Shown one piece after another: positions 20,108-29,702 of a stretch of 64,000 nt of DNA. The stretch spans positions 64,001-128,000 of the forward strand of contig CAWCTR010000004.1 of NCBI GenBank assembly GCA_963798485.1. Direction: 5' to 3'. The DNA is from an uncultured delta proteobacterium (lineage in GTDB: Bacteria; Desulfobacterota; Desulfomonilia; UBA1062). Made by a program: the position numbers and the translations under genes. How positions within the stretch are numbered: the first letter of the stretch is position 1; every line of letters begins with the position of its first letter. The notes under the pieces are model-generated. The model searched no databases. It saw only the letters and a list, made by a program, of their open reading frames with translations, and was not told where the DNA came from.

Positions 20108-21247
20108 CTATACCTTTATCGTTCCTTCTTTCATGGTCTTGGTGGGCCTGAAGGTCTCGATGCCGAACTTATCTGCCAGTTCATTGCACCTTGCCACGAG
20201 CTTGTCATATCCGATGCTCTGGGCCAGGGCAAAGGGCCCGAGTCCTCCTCCTCCGTTGGCAATGGCCAGGTCGATGTCCTTGGGGTCGTTCGTTACGCCT
20301 TCTTCAAGGCACTTGGTGGCCTCGTTCACCTGCAGGGCTACCATGTGGGTGAAGTCGTACTCCGTGGTGGGATTGCTGGTATCAATGGTTGGTCTTCCGG
20401 CTGACCAATCATAAAGACCTTTACCGGTTTTTTTACCCAGGTTCCCGGATGCTACCGCGTCAACAAGGGCCTTTCTCGGGGTGTAGTCCTTGGAAAGGGT
20501 CTCGGAGTAATACTTCTGGGTATGCAGTACGATGTCCAGACCCACATAATCAAACAATTCAAAGGGGGTCATGGGCATGAGGGCCTTGAATGCTGCATCG
20601 AACTGGGCAGGCTTTGGGCTTCCCTTGTCCAGGAGGATCTGAAGAAACAGAGCCGTGGGAGCGTTCACACGGTTGTAAATGAAACCCGGCGAGTCCTTTT
20701 TCACAATGACCGGGACCTTGTTCATCTTCTTGGCTACGTCATAGGTGGTTTTGATGGCATCCTCGGAGGACTGCTTGGCATAGATGACCTCCACGAGCTT
20801 CAACATGACCGCGGGGTTGAAAAAGTGCATGCCCACGACGTTGGCCGGCCTCTTTGTTGCCGAGGCAATCGCGGTGATGCTCATGGACGAGGTGTTGCTG
20901 GCCAGAATGGTCTTGGCCGGGGCAAAGGCATCGAGATCGGCGAAGATCTTCTTCTTGAGGGTCAGGTCCTCGAAGACGGCCTCAATCACCAGGTCAGCAT
21001 CCGCCACTGCCGCCTTGAGGTCAATAGTCGGCAGAAGGCGGGAAAGCATATCCTTGTTCTGGTCCTCGCTTATCTTGCCTTTGCTCGCGAACTTTGCAAG
21101 GCTGTCCTTGATGGTGCTCACGCCTCTGTCAACGAAGCGCTGCTCCACGTCGTGCATGGCAACGGTATAGCCTGCCATGAGTCCGACCTGTGCGATGCCG
21201 TTGCCCATGGCCCCGGCGCCGATGACTGCAATCTTTTTCACATCCAT
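20108..21247 (-). CDS. 3-hydroxyacyl(butyryl)-CoA dehydrogenase
   Basis: GAGAMGNG, ASNTSS and GMHFFNP motifs. Start placed at 21247 after AGGAGG. Confidence 0.92.
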   Translation of the reverse strand: MDVKKIAVIGAGAMGNGIAQVGLMAGYTVAMHDVEQRFVDRGVSTIKDSLAKFASKGKISEDQNKDMLSRLLPTIDLKAAVADADLVIEAVFEDLTLKKKIFADLDAFAPAKTILASNTSSMSITAIASATKRPANVVGMHFFNPAVMLKLVEVIYAKQSSEDAIKTTYDVAKKMNKVPVIVKKDSPGFIYNRVNAPTALFLQILLDKGSPKPAQFDAAFKALMPMTPFELFDYVGLDIVLHTQKYYSETLSKDYTPRKALVDAVASGNLGKKTGKGLYDWSAGRPTIDTSNPTTEYDFTHMVALQVNEATKCLEEGVTNDPKDIDLAIANGGGGLGPFALAQSIGYDKLVARCNELADKFGIETFRPTKTMKEGTIKV

Positions 21248-21269
21248 TGTTTCCTCCTGATAAACCTTT

Positions 21270-22040
21270 TCATTCACCCTTGAATTCGGGTTTTCTCTTC
21301 TGCATGAATGCGGTGAAGCCCTCTATGGCGTCCTTGGATGTTGCACAGATCTTGCTCCCGGCCGCCTCGACCTTGAGACCCTCTTCGATCCCCTTGGTTA
21401 TGAACGCGGTGGATGCCTGGATGATGGCGCGTACGGACAGCGGCGCCCTCTCGGAAAGGACAGTGGCAATCTCCATGACCTGAGGCATGAGCTGCTCCGG
21501 GGCGAAAAGTTTTTCCACCAGGCCGATGTCCAGGGCCTCCTTGGCGCTCAGGCGTTTTGCGCCCAGCATGAGGTCAAGGGCCTTGGTCCTTCCCAGGAGC
21601 CGGGTCATCCTCTGGGTCCCGCCCCAGCCCGGCGTGATGCCTAGGTTGATCTCGGGACAGCCCATGAAGGCCTTGGGGTTTTCCGCCATGTACCGGAAGT
21701 GGCAGGCCAGCGCCAGCTCGCACCCGCCGCCCAATGCGTGGCCGTTGATGGCTGCGATGGTGGGTTTCTCGAAGAGGTCGACCTTTGTCCATAAGGCGCG
21801 TCCTACTTCGCCGACATCAGGGTGGCTGATTGCATCAGCCACATCCATGCCGGCGCAGAAACATCGGTCTCCAAAACCGGTGATCACAAGAACCCGAGAC
21901 TCCTTGTCTGCCGCCACCTCGTCAAAGACCTTGTCCAGCTCACCCAGCATGACATAGCTCACCGAATTGGCCGGAGGGCGGTTCAGGGTGAGCACAGCCA
22001 CTTTGCCTTGTTTTTCCAAAATCAAGGTTTCATACCCCAT
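21270..22040 (-). CDS. Enoyl-CoA hydratase (crotonase family)
   Basis: LGGGCELALAC and PEINLGITPGWGGTQR, with both catalytic Glu present. Confidence 0.92.
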   Translation of the reverse strand: MGYETLILEKQGKVAVLTLNRPPANSVSYVMLGELDKVFDEVAADKESRVLVITGFGDRCFCAGMDVADAISHPDVGEVGRALWTKVDLFEKPTIAAINGHALGGGCELALACHFRYMAENPKAFMGCPEINLGITPGWGGTQRMTRLLGRTKALDLMLGAKRLSAKEALDIGLVEKLFAPEQLMPQVMEIATVLSERAPLSVRAIIQASTAFITKGIEEGLKVEAAGSKICATSKDAIEGFTAFMQKRKPEFKGE

Positions 22041-22254
22041 AAAGAATCCTCCTTATTAAATTAATGAAGACATAAACAGTACAGATGTTTGTAAAAGATA
22101 CTGGAGAGGGTGGCAGTTGTCAATAATTTAGAACGAGCGCTCGGTATTAAATTATCGTTCGCTGATTCGTTGGTATCCATTTAAAAAGAAATTCGTGGCG
22201 CAGCAGTGGCACAAGAACTGTTCAATAATCAGCTGCTCCACCCCTACAATGGGG

Positions 22255-25137
22255 CTATTTGATGGTGAGGCTGACCCTGGAATTGAAGGCCTTATCAATC
22301 TTTGCAGGTGAAAGGGCATCGGTTTTTACCAGGAAGATCCTTCCCGGGTCGATCTTCCCGTCCTCCACGAGATAATCGCGAACCTTCTGGGCCCTGGCCT
22401 CTGCAAGCCCTTTGAGATCATCATCCGTAACCTTGAGGTTTTCAAGGATGAGCTTCTTCCTTTCCTCATCGGGAAGGTTCTTTGCGAACCCTAAGACATT
22501 TTTCGGCTTGCCCTGGAAGTCAAAGGACTTATATGCCTTTTCAAGATAGAGGCTGTATTCTTTTTGCTCGATGGTGATATCATCCACTGAAGATGCCTGC
22601 CTGCCCTGCCTCAGGATGTCCTTAAGCTTCTGTTCCTTGAGCATGCGCTCGAACAGGTAATCGCTAAGCCCGGTCTTGTCGCTTGTGACATCCACGTATC
22701 CGCTGAGCTCCATAGTAAGGGCGGAACGGTCTGCAAGTATCCGGGTGACCTTATCGAGCTTTTGTTTGCCTGCCCCGTTGAGCGATGATCTCCCGGATTC
22801 GAAATCGATGAAGCTGAGCTCCGTTGATCCCGGGTAAAGCGCTTCCAGCAACGCAAAAGGTGATGTAGCGGCCTTTTCGAGGATATTGACAATGGTATGG
22901 ATGATGATCTTGCCCACATGGAAGTCAGGGTCATCGGTACGGCCGGTAATGGGCAGGTGCAGGTCGATCTTCCCGCTGTTGTCCCTGAGCAGGACAACGG
23001 CCAGCCTCACAGGAAGATTCGTTGCATCTTTGCTCGCTATAGCATTGCCGAAGGTAAGCTGGTCGATGATAACATCGTTTTGGGCCTGGAGCTGTTTCTT
23101 GTCGATGGAGTATTTCAACCCAAGGGAGAGCTTCCCCTTCTCAATGGCATACCCTATAAATTTGCCGGAATAAGGCGTGACCGGGCTCAGTTCGATGTTG
23201 TTCAAGCTGGCGGCAAGATCAACGAAGAGGTCCTTTTTCAGAGGGTTGATGGAACCGGTTATGGTAATGGGGGCCTGATTATCAAGCCTGGCCTTCAGGT
23301 TGACCGTGGCCTTTTTGAATTCATCTGATGACAGACCAGAGATGTCACCGGAGATATTGGTCAAGGATGATAAAAATTTCGGGGTAATGGACCGGTCGCT
23401 GAAGGTGAACCGGCCGTTTTTGAACGTGATCTTTCCAACCGCAATGCGTTCAAGGGCCTTCTTTTCCTTCGATGCCTCAGGTGAGGGCTTGGATGGTTTG
23501 TTGCCGAAGACGGCGGCAAAGTTGTTGCTGCCCTCCGGAGTTATAATGAGAGAGGAGGCGGGAGATACAAATCCAATCTCCCTAATGGTGAGGCGCCCGG
23601 GGTTCAGAGAAAAATCAATTCCGGTCAGAATCAGGCTTTTCCAGGAAATGAGGTCCTCTGCATGGGCCCTGTCTACTGAGGCGAAATCTGAGAACGCTGC
23701 ATCCCCGGCAAAATTGATATGTGGGGGTGTATTGGGTGCAAGAACCATCTTTATCTGTCCCTTGGAAGAGATTGTCCCCCGCCTGATGAGGATGGGCACC
23801 TTATCGATGATATAGGGTTGGATCCATGCAGGCTGGAATCCGTCGAGGCTGAACTTGATGTCTGCCGAAGCGGGATTCATGGTGAATGATGTGCCAAGCG
23901 TAAGTCGCCCTGTCTGATTAAGCGTGCATGCAATATCCACTGAGCCTGAGCCTTGTTTGTCAGTAGTGATTTTTTGTGCCGTGATAGAAAGGTCTCCGGT
24001 TGAGATCTTCACCGGCGAGCTCCCTGAAAGATCGGTATAAAACAACTTCCCGCCGGAGAGGTCGATATTATCAACGCTCAGCAGTAAAGGCTTTGATGGC
24101 GCCTCCTCTTTGGCGGGAAGCGAAGGTTGCTTGGACGTTGTCGTTTGAAGGATCTGCGCCAGGTTAATCCTGCCTTTTTTATCTCTGCTTATGTTCAACT
24201 CAGGCGAGGATATGGTGACCCTGGTTACATGGGCCTGTCTTTTCAGGAGCCGTGAAGGGGCCAGCGATGCGGTCATTTTCAGTACATGCAGGATCGGGCT
24301 CGTTTCGAGGTCTTTTACATCAAGATCCTTGCAGGTAAGGTCTCCCGAGACATCCAGTATGGGCTGTTGCTTGGCCCGGAACTGTTTGAAAGAGAACAGG
24401 GCATTAAGGTCCAGGGAACCCGAATTTATCTGTACCCCGAGCTTCACAGGGAGATAGGCCATATAATATGGCAGATTGATATCCTTCAGATTCAAGGCAA
24501 GGGAGGTTTCCAATGACTCGGAGAAGGGCTTTGTCTTGCCACTGAGCCTGAAAGGCGTTCCGTTTATGATTGCCTGAAAGCTCGGCTGAACAAAGACATT
24601 CGTGTAGTAGGGGATGTTGGACAGGAATGGAATGCTGACGTTGATGTCTTTAACGATATGGGTCTTGCGGAGAGGCCGATCATCCAGAGAGATCCGGCCG
24701 CCTGTGATCTGGATATTGGCTATGGAAAACTCCTGGGGTTTCTCCTTTTTTTTAGTGCCCTTCATGAGATCGGAGAAATTGTATGTCCCGTCTACGAACC
24801 GGATGACCTTGATAGAAGGGTTTTCCAGTTTTATCTCGCGGATGATGGGCGCCCTCTTGAAAAGGGATGCCCATTCGAGGTCGATGGTCAGCGAGGCTAA
24901 AGAGACGAATGAATCAGGGCGTTCCTGATCCTTAATGGACAGGCCCTGGACAATAACCACGAGGGTATAGGGGTTAATTTTTATTTTCTGAATGGTTACT
25001 TCCCGGTGTAGTGCCTGCCTGAGGTTTTTTGAGAGCACTGATGTGAGGACGGGGGGCAGGACGAAGAACCCCGTGATCGTAAAGACGATCCATAGGGAAA
25101 TAACCACGATGGAAATGGTGCGTATCTTCTTTCTCAT
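22255..25137 (-). CDS. DUF748/AsmA-like large membrane-anchored periplasmic protein with a C-terminal OmpA-like region
   Basis: N-terminal TM segment, repeated beta-rich units, LPVRLAVVLLRD..GKIDLHLPITG and LAEARAQKVRDYL. Confidence 0.8.
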   Translation of the reverse strand: MRKKIRTISIVVISLWIVFTITGFFVLPPVLTSVLSKNLRQALHREVTIQKIKINPYTLVVIVQGLSIKDQERPDSFVSLASLTIDLEWASLFKRAPIIREIKLENPSIKVIRFVDGTYNFSDLMKGTKKKEKPQEFSIANIQITGGRISLDDRPLRKTHIVKDINVSIPFLSNIPYYTNVFVQPSFQAIINGTPFRLSGKTKPFSESLETSLALNLKDINLPYYMAYLPVKLGVQINSGSLDLNALFSFKQFRAKQQPILDVSGDLTCKDLDVKDLETSPILHVLKMTASLAPSRLLKRQAHVTRVTISSPELNISRDKKGRINLAQILQTTTSKQPSLPAKEEAPSKPLLLSVDNIDLSGGKLFYTDLSGSSPVKISTGDLSITAQKITTDKQGSGSVDIACTLNQTGRLTLGTSFTMNPASADIKFSLDGFQPAWIQPYIIDKVPILIRRGTISSKGQIKMVLAPNTPPHINFAGDAAFSDFASVDRAHAEDLISWKSLILTGIDFSLNPGRLTIREIGFVSPASSLIITPEGSNNFAAVFGNKPSKPSPEASKEKKALERIAVGKITFKNGRFTFSDRSITPKFLSSLTNISGDISGLSSDEFKKATVNLKARLDNQAPITITGSINPLKKDLFVDLAASLNNIELSPVTPYSGKFIGYAIEKGKLSLGLKYSIDKKQLQAQNDVIIDQLTFGNAIASKDATNLPVRLAVVLLRDNSGKIDLHLPITGRTDDPDFHVGKIIIHTIVNILEKAATSPFALLEALYPGSTELSFIDFESGRSSLNGAGKQKLDKVTRILADRSALTMELSGYVDVTSDKTGLSDYLFERMLKEQKLKDILRQGRQASSVDDITIEQKEYSLYLEKAYKSFDFQGKPKNVLGFAKNLPDEERKKLILENLKVTDDDLKGLAEARAQKVRDYLVEDGKIDPGRIFLVKTDALSPAKIDKAFNSRVSLTIK

Positions 25138-25276
25138 CTTAATTATATTTATATGCACTCGGAAAGTCAACTTTACCGGTATCGTAAGAAAAGATCAAGG
25201 GAGCGACGTGGGGAACATTGAAAAGAGAAACCGTCGACCTTATCAAAAGTAGTGGAAAGAAAAAGGGAGGAGAACA

Positions 25277-26371
25277 ATGTTCGATTCTTGTTTGGATATT
25301 ACCAAGTTCATGGAAACAGCAACCTACAGGCGCACACCCGAGTTCATTACCCCGAACAGGATTGTCCATGAAGACAAGGCCGTCATTCTCAGGCGGTTTG
25401 ATGAGGGACGGACCGGTGCCCCGCTGCTCATAGTGCCGCCCCAGGCGGGCCACCATTCGAGCATATCCGATTATGCACAGGAGCAAAGCCTGGTCCAGAC
25501 ATGTCTGAGGGAAACGACGCTGCCGGTGTATGTCATTGAATGGAAACCGAGCACCCCAACCAGGCAGCATGAGACCATCAGCGATCTTGTATTGCAGCTG
25601 AGGCTGTGCGTGCATGATGCAGGAGAACCGGTGATCCTCGTGGGGCTCTGCCAGGGCGGGTGGCTCTGCGCCATCTATGCGGCCCTTTACCCTAAGGATG
25701 TCAAGGCACTTATGCTGGCAGCCGCGCCTATTGATTTCACAGCGGGTGGAGGCAAGCTCCAGGATGTGGTCCAGGGCATGCCCATCGATTTCTACCAGTG
25801 GCTCGTTACCATGGGCCTTGGAAACATGCTCGGCGACATGATGCTCATGGGGTGGAAGATCATGAACCCTTATGAGCGGTTCGTAAGCGACTTCATCAAC
25901 CTCTGGGTCAATGTTAGGGATGAAAAATATTTGGAGAGGTCCAAACAGTTTCAGACCTGGTATGAGTATACCCAGAACATATCGGGCAGGTGGTATCTGC
26001 AGGCCGTGGACAAGCTCTTCAAAAAGAATCTCCTCATCCAGGGGAAGTTAAGGATTTTGGGAAAGTATGTGGATCTGCGCACCATCGCGTGCCCCATCGC
26101 CATGCTCGCAGGAGAAAAGGACGATATTACCCTGGTGCCGCAGCTCTTCAATATGAGCTCATATGTGGCAACCCCGCCTGAGGATGTCTTCCAGACAATA
26201 GTGGAGGATGCAGGGCACATCTCCGTATTTATGGGTCGAAAGGCCCTGAAGGACCACTGGCCGCCGGCGCTGAGGTTCACCCTTGAAAAGGCGGGGCTTG
26301 GTGCCGCACTCACCTATGGGGCAAGGCGAAACCAGAATATTGGACCTTCCCGGCAGATGGGCTCTACGTAA
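25277..26371 (+). CDS. Alpha/beta-hydrolase, intracellular PHA depolymerase (PhaZ)-like
   Basis: IVPPQAGH, Cys lipase box GLCQGG, GEKDDIT and AGHISVF. Adjacent to phaR. Confidence 0.7.
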   Translation: MFDSCLDITKFMETATYRRTPEFITPNRIVHEDKAVILRRFDEGRTGAPLLIVPPQAGHHSSISDYAQEQSLVQTCLRETTLPVYVIEWKPSTPTRQHETISDLVLQLRLCVHDAGEPVILVGLCQGGWLCAIYAALYPKDVKALMLAAAPIDFTAGGGKLQDVVQGMPIDFYQWLVTMGLGNMLGDMMLMGWKIMNPYERFVSDFINLWVNVRDEKYLERSKQFQTWYEYTQNISGRWYLQAVDKLFKKNLLIQGKLRILGKYVDLRTIACPIAMLAGEKDDITLVPQLFNMSSYVATPPEDVFQTIVEDAGHISVFMGRKALKDHWPPALRFTLEKAGLGAALTYGARRNQNIGPSRQMGST

Positions 26372-26415
26372 AAGAAACCTCTACAAAGAGCATAATGAAG
26401 AGGGTGGATGAAACA

Positions 26416-26892
26416 TTATCTGCCCTTTTTCTTTTTGTTGGTTTTTTCTTGAGTGTGCGGACCTGGTTGAGGAGAGAATCCCGGGAAAGGAGCTATTCCA
26501 TTCATGGCGTTGCGTGCCATCTCCGAGTAATTCATGCCCATATTCAGCCACTTGCCGAACTGCTCGTCAAAGGCCTGCTTGTACTGAAGATAGGAATTTA
26601 TGGAGTCCTGCAGGTGTTTGTCAAAGAATTCGTGGAGAATACTACCGCCATAGCGGATGGCGAGGTGCAGCAGCGGCGGAGGCAACAGGGCATTCCTGTT
26701 CTTCGCCTCCTCCAGGATAATCTGTGTGAGGATGAATGCGGTAACGTCCTCGCTGGTCTTGGCATCAAGGACCTGCACGTCTTTGCCGCCCCTGATAATG
26801 TCCGCCACCTGGTTCAGCGTGACATAAGAGCTGTTTTCCGGGTTGTAAAGCCGCCTGCTCGCATATTTCTTCAGGATAACGGTCTCGCTCAT
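26416..26892 (-). CDS. phaR: PHA synthesis regulator PhaR
   Basis: ILKKYASRRLYN..NSSYVTL...DAKTSEDVT...LTQIILEE, the hallmark PhaR DNA-binding domain. Confidence 0.88.
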   Translation of the reverse strand: MSETVILKKYASRRLYNPENSSYVTLNQVADIIRGGKDVQVLDAKTSEDVTAFILTQIILEEAKNRNALLPPPLLHLAIRYGGSILHEFFDKHLQDSINSYLQYKQAFDEQFGKWLNMGMNYSEMARNAMNGIAPFPGFSPQPGPHTQEKTNKKKKGR

Positions 26893-27064
26893 AGCCCACC
26901 CATTCACTATTCTTCCACCAATACATTACCCTACTTATTGTCACAGCGCAACAAAAACCCCGCCGGGGCTCCGCCGGAATCGAGCTTACCACGATCATTA
27001 ATAGTCATATTAAATAGATAAGCTAAACATATCTCGACGACGAAACAACCAGTCAGAAATAATA

Positions 27065-27117
27065 ATTGCTGCAATGCAACAATCGCCCCTTGACAATCCA
27101 TTCTTTGCCACTATTAT
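27065..27117 (+). promoter_or_regulatory. PhaR/PhbF-type box and sigma70-like promoter upstream of the phasin-like genes
   Basis: TGCTGCAATGCAA (27067-27079) fits TG-N-TGC-N3-GCAA. TTGACA at 27090 is followed after 16 nt by TATTAT. Confidence 0.65.
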
Positions 27118-27164
27118 AGGCTTGATTCCCAAGATAACGCTCATAATAGAGTAAGGAGGCAACA

Positions 27165-27422
27165 ATGGAAAACAAGGAACTCGTAAAACAGATGGTTGAT
27201 TTGCACAAGACATCCTTCGACAACAGCTTCAACATGCTCATTACCCTGCAGGACCAGATGGAAAAGATGGTTAATTCTTTTGTGGAACAAGCGCCATGGC
27301 TTCCAGCAGAGGGAAAGAAGGCAGTGACCAACCTGGTTAGCACCTATAAAAAGGGACGCGAAGACTTCAAGAAGGTCGTTGATGACGGTTATAAAAAGGT
27401 TGAGGAATACATAGCCAAATAG
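27165..27422 (+). CDS. Phasin-like amphipathic helical protein, paralogue 1
   Basis: 85 aa, KQM...K..FDNSFN....LQ.Q.EK...YKKGR.DFKK pattern, in PHA-locus context. Confidence 0.7.
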   Translation: MENKELVKQMVDLHKTSFDNSFNMLITLQDQMEKMVNSFVEQAPWLPAEGKKAVTNLVSTYKKGREDFKKVVDDGYKKVEEYIAK

Positions 27423-27454
27423 GCTAAAAAATTTAAATTAGGGAGGCGATAACA

Positions 27455-27727
27455 ATGGATTATCAAAAAGACATGGCAAAGCAGGTGATTGCGTTTTACA
27501 AGACGACCTTTGACAACAGCTTCAACACAATGATCATGCTTCAGGAACAGGCGGAAAAGTTCATTAAGACCTTTGTCTCACAGGCCCCTGGGATGAACGA
27601 CGAGGGGAGGAAGGTGCTGGACCAGTGGATGGGCGTGTATAAGAAGGGCCGCGATGATTACAAGAAGGCCATGGATGAGGGATATGCCAAGGTAGAAGAG
27701 TTCTTCGATAAATTCTCAAAGAGCTGA
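27455..27727 (+). CDS. Phasin-like protein, paralogue 2
   Basis: Same motif pattern as paralogue 1, with RBS GGAGG. Confidence 0.7.
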   Translation: MDYQKDMAKQVIAFYKTTFDNSFNTMIMLQEQAEKFIKTFVSQAPGMNDEGRKVLDQWMGVYKKGRDDYKKAMDEGYAKVEEFFDKFSKS

Positions 27728-27784
27728 TGAAAGGACCTGCCCTGCAGGTTAAAAAAAGAGAAAGCAAGGGAAAGGGGAACCGCC

Positions 27785-28075
27785 ATGGACGAGAAAATTA
27801 TTGTCAAACAGATGCTCGATTTTCATAAAAGCACATTCCAGAACAGTTACAATGCAATGGTAATGCTCCAGGACCAGACCGAAAAGATGCTCAGCACCTT
27901 TTTGAGCCAGGCAAACTGGATACCGCAGGACTTCAAGAAGGTTATGGGAGAGTGGACCACCACCTACAAGAAGGGCCGAGATGAATTCAAGAAATCAATC
28001 GATGAGAACTTCAAGCGCGTGGATGACTATTTCTCAGTTTCAGACAAGCCTCAGACCAAGACAAAGCAGCAATAG
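27785..28075 (+). CDS. Phasin-like protein, paralogue 3
   Basis: Same motif pattern as paralogues 1 and 2. Confidence 0.7.
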   Translation: MDEKIIVKQMLDFHKSTFQNSYNAMVMLQDQTEKMLSTFLSQANWIPQDFKKVMGEWTTTYKKGRDEFKKSIDENFKRVDDYFSVSDKPQTKTKQQ

Positions 28076-28109
28076 GTTTGCTTGCAGCGAAGACTTTTGC
28101 GGGGGGACT

Positions 28110-29702
28110 ATGGATGACATCAATGAAGCAACCGATCGGGGCTTTGAGTATTATGGGTCTGTTTTCAAAGGGATTGAAAGGCTCATGGGCCTGAGTCTCG
28201 CCTTAGGCGAGGCCTCCCAGGAAAAGCTCAAGGCCAACGGTATATACTTCAATGGCGTGTTCAAGTACCTCAATGAGTTCATGACCCCCTTCTGGATCGC
28301 ATTGAACTCTTTTAATGCCACCGAGCGCGAGAAGCTTGTCCGCCACACCCCCCAGGACAGCTTGCGCGATTACCTCGAGCTCCTCCAGTTCAATATCCAA
28401 GTGGCACAAAGAGGCTATGACAGCTCGATGAAGGCCATGACCGATTTCCATATGAACGAGCTCTCCAGGGCATTCAATTCATGGCTCAACACCATATTCG
28501 ACCGGGACGGGGAGGACATCCAGTCCTTTGTGGAACGACAGGCCAACCTCCTGCAAAAGGTGATCTACGAATATCCCAAGGCCATTGATGATATCGAACC
28601 GGAGTATGGGTTCCACTTCGACACGGATGGTTATAAGAAGATAGCCGAGACAGAGCGCTTTACCGTCTATCAGGTTCTTCCGCAAAAGGGCATAAAGATC
28701 AAGTCGCTTTCAAAGCCGATCCTCATTATCCCGCCTTACGTACTCGGCGCCAACATACTTGGCTTTCTCCCAGGCGAGGGCAAGAGCTATGTCCATGCCT
28801 ACGCCAACCAGGGGATACCCACGTATGTGCGCGTGCTCAAAGATATCGAGACCACGCCTGCCGTCCAGATCATGACCGGTGAAGACGATGCGTTGGACAC
28901 CAGGTATTTCTGCGAGATCCTTCATAAGAAGCACAAGCTGCCTGTAACGCTCAACGGCTTCTGCCAGGGCGGGTTTGTAGCAGTGCTGGACATCGTATCG
29001 GGCGAGCTCGACGGCCTTGTGGATGCGCTTATCACCTGCGTGGCGCCCATGGACGGAACCAGGAGCAAGGCATTAATCGAATATCTTGCTCACCTGCCCG
29101 GCCGCTTCCGCGATCTCGGTTATGCCGTCAAAGACCTGCCGAACGGCAACTCCGTGGTGGACGGCAAGGTAATGAGCTGGGTGTACAAGCTCAAGAGCAT
29201 GGACAGAGAGGCCCCCATTTATACCCTCTACCGCGACCTCATGATGTTCGACGATCCGCTGGGCAAGGATGTGAAGATAACGAAGACCGCTGCGGCGCTG
29301 AACCACTGGCTCATTTACGACCGCAAAGACATTCCGGTGGCCATCACGAAAATGAGCTTCGATTCCTATACCGTTCCGGTGGCCGAAGACGGTACCTTGC
29401 CGGTGAAGCTCTTTGGCCGGAAGCTCAATTTTAAGAGGATCACGGAAAAAGGCATCAAATTCCTCATCTGCTATGCGGAAAATGATGACCTTGTGGACAA
29501 GGAGTCAGCACGGGCACCGCTTGATTATGTGGATGCGGAGGTGACCGTGTTCCCTAAGGGCCATGGCGCTATTGCAACGACCTGGTCCGCGACCGAGACG
29601 GAATATGCCATCCATAAACGCTATGCAAACGGCTCGCGAGGGCCGGTGCGATTCCAGCTTGACCTCGATGAAGAGATCAGAAAGGGGAAATCCCATGGAT
29701 AA
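28110..29702 (+). CDS. Atypical PHA synthase (PhaC)-like alpha/beta-hydrolase
   Basis: ILIIPPYV, NGFCQGG (Cys nucleophile), AENDDLV (Asp) and KGHGA (His). Start placed at 28110 after GGGGGA. Confidence 0.65.
   Translation: MDDINEATDRGFEYYGSVFKGIERLMGLSLALGEASQEKLKANGIYFNGVFKYLNEFMTPFWIALNSFNATEREKLVRHTPQDSLRDYLELLQFNIQVAQRGYDSSMKAMTDFHMNELSRAFNSWLNTIFDRDGEDIQSFVERQANLLQKVIYEYPKAIDDIEPEYGFHFDTDGYKKIAETERFTVYQVLPQKGIKIKSLSKPILIIPPYVLGANILGFLPGEGKSYVHAYANQGIPTYVRVLKDIETTPAVQIMTGEDDALDTRYFCEILHKKHKLPVTLNGFCQGGFVAVLDIVSGELDGLVDALITCVAPMDGTRSKALIEYLAHLPGRFRDLGYAVKDLPNGNSVVDGKVMSWVYKLKSMDREAPIYTLYRDLMMFDDPLGKDVKITKTAAALNHWLIYDRKDIPVAITKMSFDSYTVPVAEDGTLPVKLFGRKLNFKRITEKGIKFLICYAENDDLVDKESARAPLDYVDAEVTVFPKGHGAIATTWSATETEYAIHKRYANGSRGPVRFQLDLDEEIRKGKSHG

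Noticed and set aside
27981-28109. Extended starts given by the ORF track for the PhaC-like (27981) and PhaE-like (29563) genes
   Set aside because: They overlap upstream genes extensively. Better RBS-associated ATGs lie at 28110 and 29695.
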